This document shows positions 11,933 through 20,854 of a DNA stretch of 35,742 nucleotides, piece by piece; positions within the stretch are counted from its first letter, which is position 1, and each line of letters opens with the position of its first letter. Both the position numbers and the translations under genes were made by a program. A model generated the notes under the pieces. That model worked only from the letters and a program-made list of their open reading frames with translations. It ran no database searches and was not told the DNA's origin. The DNA comes from Craspedostauros australis (taxonomy: Eukaryota): contig JALAGF010003077.1 in NCBI GenBank assembly GCA_030167865.1, forward strand, positions 1 through 35,742, read 5' to 3'.

Positions 11933-13183
11933 ATGGCTTCGATTACGGGTTGCTTGCTCCGTTACTGCTTCTGCGTGGATGAAGATGGCAATGAGGATGG
12001 CAGCCATCGACGGTCCGGCGAAGACCACGATGACGACGGAGATCACGCAGGCGCAGAGAACTACCGCGGCACAGGAGCGCGCTCGACAGCAGGACCACCA
12101 AGTGCGCTCAGTCTCGGCCGCGGGGCGCGGTATCATGAGGTGACGTCGCTGTACTCCGATCAATCGTGTGGACGCGAGGACCTTCAGGCAGATGGAGACT
12201 GCTGCGCTGGGTGCCCCCATTCGCCTTTGGGCGGTCGGCAATCTTCATACGTCACCGTTGGTCCCGCCAAGGTCGCTGCACCTGGCGGTGATGTCAACAA
12301 CAGCAGCAGCAACAACAACCGCGCCGGAGATAACGCGCTTCAAACAAACCAGACAGACATCACCGAACCTGAGAGCGAATGGGAAGACCGCGTGGCTTCC
12401 CACCAGGTGGTCGGGAATGAAGGAAGCACGGATGAGCACACGGATGAGCACACCGACACACATTCCAACCAACCCAATGCTAGGCGTGCGCTCCAACCCA
12501 TGAGGAGGTTCTGGAGCAACCTTCAACAGTCGTTGGTAGAAAAGATGGAGCCGCGTGCTGCGATCGCTGCTGTCGCCCCTACTGCGTCGACGGCAGCCGC
12601 GGCCTCAAGGATGGGTGATCGTGACGCCAGCGCAAGTCTAGAAATAGATTCCACAGCCCAAGTTCAGGAACATCCTCGCACTCACTTCCAGCAGGACCAT
12701 GAAGACGGACAGACACAAGAGCGACCTCGGCCTTTCTGGAAGCGCAATTTCTTCCAAGCCCTGGGGTCTGGCAATAGAACGCGATCAACCAACGTGAACG
12801 TCGACTCTAGCAACTCCTCGGATGATGCGGATTCGTGCTCCGACGATGACATGAAGGTCCAGCGGACCCCTTTCTTGAAGCTCGCCAAAACGTTCAATTC
12901 TTCGAATTACGTGCCCACCATCGCAGAGTCGGAAGTGGTCGTGCCGGGCAGCAAACTGCAAATGGCCATGGCGCTGGCAGCCGCGCAGGCCCTGGACGAA
13001 CAGGAAGATGATGAATGCGTGATCTGCATGGAGACGTTCGACCCGACGAACCCGCGCATGCCCACTCTGTGTGGATGTGGCCAAAACAATACCTACTTCC
13101 ACCTCCCATGCTTGTACCAGTGGACCGAACACAACGAAGAATGCCCAAGCTGCCGCCAGAAACTGCGCTGGGAGGAATTCTAA
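11933..13183 (+). CDS. RING-finger protein (probable E3 ubiquitin ligase), C-terminal C4HC3-type RING
   Basis: ATG at 11933 (MASITGCLLRYCFC). The C-terminus is CVIC-x14-CGC-x7-HLPCLYQW-x6-CPSC. Confidence 0.88.
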   Translation: MASITGCLLRYCFCVDEDGNEDGSHRRSGEDHDDDGDHAGAENYRGTGARSTAGPPSALSLGRGARYHEVTSLYSDQSCGREDLQADGDCCAGCPHSPLGGRQSSYVTVGPAKVAAPGGDVNNSSSNNNRAGDNALQTNQTDITEPESEWEDRVASHQVVGNEGSTDEHTDEHTDTHSNQPNARRALQPMRRFWSNLQQSLVEKMEPRAAIAAVAPTASTAAAASRMGDRDASASLEIDSTAQVQEHPRTHFQQDHEDGQTQERPRPFWKRNFFQALGSGNRTRSTNVNVDSSNSSDDADSCSDDDMKVQRTPFLKLAKTFNSSNYVPTIAESEVVVPGSKLQMAMALAAAQALDEQEDDECVICMETFDPTNPRMPTLCGCGQNNTYFHLPCLYQWTEHNEECPSCRQKLRWEEF

Positions 13184-14082
13184 ACTCCTTCGCGTACGCC
13201 CGTCCTCCTGTTATCGTTCAACTCTTCGACGGAGCGAAACCCTTTTGAAACTGAAACTGAACTAGCCGCTTGGCTGGGCCAGCATCGAGGTTATTCATAT
13301 CACACCATTGTTTATTACTCCATGATACTCGTGCCATAAACAGCACTTATTTCTAGTACACTCCATCATTGACTTCTATCATCCGCAGTGCATAGCCATA
13401 TCTGTACCAATCTATTAGAACAATGTTTTAAATTTCATGATATTAATATGACATCATATGGTACTTGCCAAAGTGCCACCTCCCAATTTGTCAACAGATG
13501 CAGTTCATGGGCGGTTGCTGACACGTACTGCTTCTCGAGGAGGGAAGAGCATGCGAGGAAAGTGACGACCTGGGTGGGGGGATCTTGATACGGAAACGAT
13601 CACCTCGTCAGGTTTTGGTGATAGCGTCTGTCCATCGTTTGTTGGGCGGACGGAGGGTATCTTCGCGTGTCGCAACCGAACAAAGAACCAACGACGCCCA
13701 TCACCCATCATCCACCAACAAAAGCAAGGACCTGTAGCGTGTCAGGGATGTGCCGACATGAGCAGAGCATGACTACTACTATGGGCACAATATTCTCTGC
13801 TCTGGTCTACTCTGCACCATAGTCGTACAGTTACAGTTACAAATACAGAGAGGAACGACAGCAGCATCGGTGCGAGTGGCAACGACGATAGCAGGAGTAC
13901 GGATATCCGTGACAGTTCCTTGCACAGCCTTCCAAAGGCAATGCATCATCCGCGACCAGCCTTCCATCTTCTGACGACAACTTAACACCTGGCCAGCCAG
14001 CTTGTGCTGAACAGGACGTATCGTCTGACTGCTGCAACTCGCAACAGAACCCAACGACACGCTGTTCCAGAAAAGCAACGTG

Positions 14083-15434
14083 ATGACAGGCACGAGGAGA
14101 ACAACCAGCGTGGCTAGCACGGTCGGCACAACTACGAGGCGACACCACCATATTATCCTTGCGCTCTGCATAGTCTTCGTCGCCATCACCAACCATCGAG
14201 TTTGCGCTTTTTCAGCAACAAGAGCGAGAATAGCGGTATCGACTGCACAGAAGCAGCATCACCCTCCGAGGCGCCTACAGCAATGTATTTTGGCAGCTAT
14301 TTCAGATGCATTGGACGCGACGGGTGACAATGGCGATAGCGGTGACGAGCCCCCTCTCGATGTCCAGGAACCAGACTTACTTCAGCTCCTCCTGCCTGCA
14401 TCAACATGTGACGTGAACCAGATGAGTGGAACGGACTTAGGTGAGATCAGTCAGTACGGTGGGGACCAGAGACCACACGCCGCATCTGTAACTCTAAGGC
14501 CATGCAATCTTCGACTTGGGCGAGACATGAACGCATCCAACACAAAAACACAAATGAGCGTTCATGTTTGCCTTCGTGGGTGGAGAAAGAGACGTGCTCG
14601 ACTTCTCTGCCCCACTCCGATCCACTCGGATCCACTCGACTCAAAAGCGATATTGCTCCATGATACGCGTCGAGTACACAGACGCAGGTTTTACTGACAT
14701 TCGATGTTCACTACATTCTCTCCCACTCTATCCTCCACTGTGCCATTGCGCCGCTCGATGTCTCGTTCACCCCTTCGATGGATCAATCACAGCATATGTC
14801 GGAGATGTCGTTTTTGAGCTGTACGTGCGTTCACTCAATGTGTGGCCATCCATGCGAACATCTAATTTGCAGGACGTGGTTGTTGGGACTGTTCGAGGTG
14901 AGTGAGATTGTGCCTACTATCCATCTTCGTCGTGCTGTGTCGTTCATCACTCGTCCAGTCCAAGCAAAGGGGCACACGGAGTAGAGTAGCAGATCATGGA
15001 CTGCGGCGAGGCGACAACCAAGCTCGCCATCGACGTTGTAGTGCTGACAATGGCATCTCACCCCTTCTGCACACAACACCAACCAGCTGATTGACTGATT
15101 GACTCACAATATGATGTTGCCAATTTGGCAACTGCTTTCGCCCGTCTGCATCCAAATCTCGCCTACTGCGCTGCCAGCCGAGAATCAGTCAAGACTGCTG
15201 ACATCAATACGCGAGGGCTTCGATCTCTCCAACAAGGAAAAGCAAGTCATCTCGAGAGGACGCAATTCAGTCACCAAATCAAAGAACAGGAGGAACCCAG
15301 CCGCGTACCAAGATTCCACCGCCTTCGAAGCCTTCGTCGGATATCTCTACATTCAGGATCGAGATCGTCTTGTGGAACTGTTGCAATGGCTTCGTCCCAT
15401 ACTCACGGCACCCACGGAGACAGATGGCAGCTAA
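14083..15434 (+). CDS. mrnC: Mini-ribonuclease III, plastid-targeted; exons 14083-14440, 14793-14897, 15178-15434
   Basis: Two phase-1 introns (14441-14792 and 14898-15177, both GTGAG...CAG) give MSGTDLAYVGDVVFELYVR...VRAENQSRLL...EKQVISRGRNS...AYQDSTAFEAFVGYLY, the Mini-III signature. There is no dsRBD. A signal peptide ends in VCA-FS, which is ASAFAP-like. Confidence 0.9.
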
Positions 15435-15774
15435 TATTCTATTCTAGGAAAGCATCATGGTGCAATTCTCACGAGTATTACGTAGAAACATGAAATGCTA
15501 CTCAACATAATCGCATAAGTACTCTACTTTGTAGATGACCATGTCCGGTAACATCATTTGCGTGGGCATCATGGCGTCCAGCGAGTGCCTCGGGCGCTCT
15601 TGGGGTCAGCGGTAGACTGGCCATTGCAAAAGGTTTCGATGCATAAACAATTCCCTGACGTCAGCCTGGATTTCTTCCTCCATCTTCTTGTTTGCACAAA
15701 TCGACAGGATCCACCGCGACTCCATGCACGCCATCCATCTCGTCACTATCACTGCCACTGCACCCACGCCCTTT

Positions 15775-15840
15775 GCCATTGTCATTGTCATTACCATTGG
15801 CACTGCCACTGCTACTGCCACTGCCACTGCCACTGTCATT
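15775..15840 (+). repeat. Degenerate hexamer array (GCCACT/GTCATT) x11 just upstream of the aldo-keto reductase gene
   Basis: Eleven in-register 6-mers. Confidence 0.85.
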
Positions 15841-15941
15841 AATCTCTACTCGTGGGAACCAATACTCCAATCGAGTGCGAGTACAGTACCACACACGCCA
15901 AGAGCAGAATGAAAGATCGAATTGCGACGCACACGAGTATC

Positions 15942-17379
15942 ATGTCAAACCTGATCATCAGAGCAGCGGCGACTCTGCTTCTGCTGTCCCACAGTTCGGT
16001 CGCATTGCAGGTGGGCAGGGTGTCGGCCGGGCCAATCACCATCAGCGAGCTGGGATGCGGAACGTGGAGCTGGGGGAATCGCCTGCTGTTTGACTACGAT
16101 CCGTCGCAGGATGAGGACATCTACGAGGCGTATAGGGAAGTCCGCAGCGCCGGCGTGACGTTGTTCGACACTGCCGATTCGTACGGTACCCTCGACCTGA
16201 ACGGACGTGCCGAGATACTGCTGGGCCAATTCGAACGTCGGTACTTGGAAGAGCGATCTCAAGCCAAAGACAAAAAGGGATGGTTCAGTGGTGCCGGCGG
16301 TATCAGTTTTGGCTTCAACCCATCCTCGGTGACGAGCAATGAGCAGCAGGTGGCCACCAAGCTGGCGCCGTATCCATGGCGCATCACGAGCTCGCAGATT
16401 GTGCAGGCGGCACGACAAAGCTTGAAGAGGTTGGAGCAAGATAAGCTTTCCATTGCGCAGGCGCACTGGTCGACGTCGAACTACCAGCCATTTCAGGAAC
16501 GCGCATTCTGGGACGGTCTGTGCGACATATATGATCAAGGTCTCTGCGACGCCGTGGGTCTCTCCAACTACGGCCCGAAGCAACTGCGAAAGGCATCGGA
16601 GTATATGAAGTCACGCGACGTTCCGCTCGGTGTTGCTCAGATCCAGTACTCGCTCATGACGTACGACGTCGCCAAAGAAATGAACGAGGCCTGCGACGAG
16701 GTCGACTGCCGCTTGATTTCATATTCGCCGCTGTGCTTGGGATTGCTGACTGGCAAGTATGACGTGGATAACCTGCCGCAAAAGGGTCCAAGGCGCCAGT
16801 TGTTCAGAGAACTGCTTCCGGGCGCGCAGCAGCTTCTTCAAACGATGGAAGTGATCGGAAAGGAGTACGGGAAATCGCAAAGTCAGGTGGCGATCAACTG
16901 GGCCATCCGCAAGGGCACAGTCCCGATCCCTGGCGCTCGCAATCGTAAGTGGCCGCCTCTGACTGTTGCCATTGGAAGAGATTGGCGCTCGTATGGTATT
17001 CCTACATTCTGTACCCAGCCGAATGTATGTGGACTTCTACTTTTCCATTTGCGCTTTGACTTGTGTGCTTGTCTATGTCTGAGCAGGGACCGCGTGCGAT
17101 TCAATCTTATTGACTCCGACACATGCGCAATGCTCGTGGTCGTACTCGTGCCCGCTGTCATCCTCACTCAAACCCGCTTGTCCACTGTTGCGATCACACT
17201 GCACAACAACTCGCCACGCATCGCCATTTTCACCTCGTGCCGACTCAACAGTGGCTCAAGCACGAGAAAACATCGGCGCTACTGGTTGGAAACTGAAGCC
17301 AGATGCTGTGTTGGAGCTGGACAACGCTGCCCTGAGTGTGGGCAAGCCAATGATTCAAAACGTCTTCCAGACAAAGTGA
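15942..17379 (+). CDS. Aldo-keto reductase, pyridoxal reductase (PLR1)-like; exons 15942-16944, 17252-17379
   Basis: Motifs LGCGTWSWG, FDTADSYG (catalytic D/Y), VATK, QAHW, VGLSNY, QIQYSL, ISYSPLCLGLLTGKY and IPGARN. A phase-1 intron GTAAGT (16945) to CAG (17251) continues as LAQARENIGATGWKL. An alternative ATG lies at 15909. Confidence 0.9.
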
Positions 17380-17682
17380 AGTTATCTCTCCGCATGTTGC
17401 TGCTCTTGCATAAGATCATACGGCGCTATCATTTGGTGTACTCGGGACCGTACAAGTACCAGCATGTACCTGCATCTGTATGGCGGGCGAAGGTGATTCC
17501 CTGTGATGGGAGCAGAACCAGATGTTAAGACATATATTGCCAACCTACCAGTTGAGTGAAGGGCGATGTTTCAGCCATTTTGATTGATACTGTGTGAATA
17601 TGTTGCGTTTGAGGATCGTCCGTATGTGGAGTCGTAGGCTTGTGTACTCCACAAACACTCCACCCCTCCAATCTGTTGTCGT

Positions 17683-19466
17683 CTACTTCCTCTTGTCATC
17701 GAATTTCATCATGGCCGATAACCGTTCGACCAGTGGAGGGTGAGAGTAATGATAGCTGGAATACCACGGGTCGGGGCACATTGCACCCAAATTCTCCAGG
17801 TGGATCTTGCAAAGGCCGCTCTGCAACTCCTTGCTCATGTCGAGATCGACAGAGAACTTGTCCGCAGCAAACTCGCAGTGTCGGGAAAAGACAGTTAGAA
17901 CGAAGCTGAGTATCTTGTCGATGGGTGCCCAGATGGTTTGGAAGAACAGCATGAGGGCGATGACTGTGGGGACTGGCTGCGACTCATCGTCGAATCCAAA
18001 CGCGGCATACAGTTCACGGTTGGTGTAGCAGAGGGAGAAGAAGTAGAACGCGGCACCGAAGTAAAACTGGGTGACAGCAAAGTTTGTGAGAGTATGCCCG
18101 AGTTTCCAATGACCGAGCTCGTGCCCAAGAATGGCCAAGACTTCATCATCGCTGACCTGCTCCAGGAGTGTGTCGAAAAGGACTGATGAATGCACAGGGA
18201 GAGTGGTATGGAACGTGGTATATGAGCGTGACGCAGAGATGTCACCAGCGGAAGGAATGAAGGAATTGGATGAGAGTCAACATTTCGCGAAGGGTGAGTG
18301 CCATACATTTGGTATGTGCTGGACTGTATGAAATGCCTTCACTTGTGTGCAAACTCTAGTACGAATATTGGTACAATGGATGGCACCACGCAGGATGATA
18401 TTGATATTCATGGTGCACACCACGCGAAGACGAACATGGCAAAGTCCACACACAAGCTGCGCCGCGTCTTACCGATTCGCTTGTTGCTGCCAAATCCAAA
18501 CATGAAGGCGTTGGAATGCGCCGAACGCTTGGAGCCGTCCATGACAAAGAGCTTCTTGAGCGGGTACTCGAGCCTGTCTGCCAGCTGGTAGATCCTGGTC
18601 TTCAAATCTCCCTCCGCGAGCGGTTCGTACTTGTTGAACAGTGGCATGATGAAGACGGGGACGATGGTCATCATGAAGACTGAGAAGACGAACATGAATG
18701 CCCAAACGTAGAGGTAGAAGTACTGACCCCCGCTCTGAATGATCCTGAGCAGCAGCGCGATGAACGGGCCTCCGATGGCAAACGTGAGAATCAATGACTT
18801 GATCTTGTCCGTGAAGAAAAGGCCGTAGGTTTGCTTGTTGAATCCGTGCTTGCGTTCGATCTGGAAGGTTGAGTAGAGCTCGAATGGCAGCGAGGTGATG
18901 GTGCCAACGATGGTGACGAGCAGCAGAAAAATAAGCGTGATCTTGATCTCGTTCTCTTGGGTCAAGCCAAAGAACGACTGACCGATCTCCACAGATTTGT
19001 CCCACACGAATGGCAGGAAGCCGATGATGAGGAACACGATAGACTCAAAGGCATCGTAGGCGGATGCAATCATGCCGAAGTTGACCTTGTCCAAGCCGTA
19101 CGTCTGCGAGTTCTTGAATTTGGCCTGCAGCTGTTTCAGCAACGACTCCGTGCTCTTGATCTTGTCCTTATCATCGCCATCATTGTCGCCATCATTGTCG
19201 CCGTCCTTGCTGCTCTCTTTCTTCGAAGCCGTCCGGGGAGTCTCCGTGTCGATCTTGGAGACGGTCGTCTCGAGCTCAACGGGGAACTTGGTCTTCTGGT
19301 AGGCCTTCTTCTGGCGACCGTCCAGGCTGCCCTCCAACGTGTACACAATCAGCGTGAAGGCGATCGTGGCTGTCAACGACCATGCTGCGATGCTGGAAGA
19401 GCCATCCTGCGCGGCTACCTCCGCACCAGCCCCACTCTGCGTGTACAGCGGCGCGAGCGGTGTCAT
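17683..19466 (-). CDS. STE24: CAAX prenyl protease 1 (peptidase M48A); exons 19466-18473, 18182-17683
   Basis: Motifs FQIERKHGFNKQT and LFVMDGSKRSAHSNAFMFGFGSNKRI, joined across the phase-1 intron 18472-18183 (GTAAG...CAG) to VLFDTLL. It has the HELGH zinc motif, EFAAD, YHYSHPPLVERL and several transmembrane segments. Confidence 0.96.
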
Positions 19467-20346
19467 GGTTGCTCTGGAAACTGATGGAATGCTCCGAGTA
19501 CGATCTATAACTGGTAACTGTGGTATTTGTTGGCACAAGTAGATCGTACGAGTATGGTCTTTGGGTGCTGGGGACCTTCAGAGGTGGTGTGTGTGTGTTG
19601 TCTCTGATGGTTGAGCTCGTTGTTGTGGTGTTGGTGCTGTTGGTGCTGTTCGTGGTGGTTGTGTTGTCGTATCTTTCACGACTCTGCGCTCATGTGCGAG
19701 CCAGTTGGTTTCACGTGGAAGCTGGGCGGGGGCGGACAAGTCCCGAGTCATTTCACACGAATGAATATCTCGATTTCGTGTATACCGCTCGGAACGGTAG
19801 TTCGTAGCCTGCTCTGGTCAGCAAAGCCACGAGTACTCGGAGAATATGCAGCTCGCAGAGCAGCCAGGAGCCTCTATTAGATGCATTGTATTATGTTCTA
19901 CTGAATATTGTGGCGCTTCGGAACACTAGGTCAGACTAAGAGTGTCAGTCTCTTTCAGAGATCCGTGCCGCCATTGTTCAGAGTACATCGGTTGTTGTCA
20001 TCGGTACTTGCCTCGGCAGAACGGCAGCGATCTCACTTGGTGGAATGGAATGGAATCGAGAGCAAACAAAGGAACTATGGCTGCAAGTGCACGTATCAGA
20101 ACGCTGCATTGGCGGCGTCAGGCTACCAATCGAGGAGCGAAGCTACGGATGGTACATCTTGGTGCTCCTATCTGCACTTTCTTCCGAGTACGAGCTCGAG
20201 CACGCGTGCTCTACTCTGCAATGGTCTAAAACAAGGACACAATCCATCAGCTTCACATAACCTCCCATACACGGACCATGCACACTCACCTGAACTTGGT
20301 GGCAAGGGAGAGCAACTTATCCATGCATTGTTCAGCACTGCACTTA

Positions 20347-20399
20347 CTAGCTGCACCAAATGCAGAATGGGGTCACGATAACACTAGTTGTAGAGTTTT
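20347..20399 (+). repeat. Left terminal inverted repeat of the transposon
   Basis: Matches the reverse complement of 25050-25101 with 5 substitutions and 1 indel. Confidence 0.9.
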
Positions 20400-20575
20400 G
20401 GCCCCTTGTTGCCACTGGTTTGCTTGCTTTTGGGAGAAGCGGCGATTGCATATTTAGAGCTATTTCGTGTTGTCCCTCTCGGATCCGTCTTCTACGTCAC
20501 AGGACGGATTCGACGTCATGCGAAACCACTCACAACACAAGATGTGAGTGCGTCTCGCAGCACGTGGCCCTTGCT

Positions 20576-20712
20576 NCGCGACACAACGTGATGGCTGCGC
20601 AGCACACACCAATCGCGCCGCAACACACGCGGACCGTGCCACAACACAACGTGACGGCTCCGCGACACAACACACCAATCGTGTGGCGACGCGCACCAAC
20701 CACGACACAAAA
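20576..20712 (+). repeat. Imperfect ~65-bp subterminal tandem duplication inside the transposon (contains an N at 20576)
   Basis: ACACAACGTGAYGGCT occurs at 20581 and 20645. ACACCAATCG occurs at ~20606 and ~20672. Confidence 0.7.
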
Positions 20713-20854
20713 ATAACGGTCCTCGTCACAAACAAAAACTCAAACACAACACCACACACCACAATCCTCCATGCCATCAAGCAGACGATGCGCACACAAC
20801 CATTCGAATCACAGGTGTACCTACAACATACAGTACTACTACTACAATTTGCAG

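Noticed and set aside
15558-15842. His/Cys-repeat 'metallothionein-like' ORF (HCHCH...)
   Set aside because: It is a translation of the hexamer microsatellite and has a TTG start.
16945-17528. Hydrophobic C-terminal extension of the 558-aa AKR ORF
   Set aside because: This is read-through into an intron. Splicing 16945-17251 restores the normal AKR C-terminus in another frame.
20576-20712. CRISPR-like array
   Set aside because: Only two degenerate units with no unique spacers or cas genes, in a eukaryotic context.
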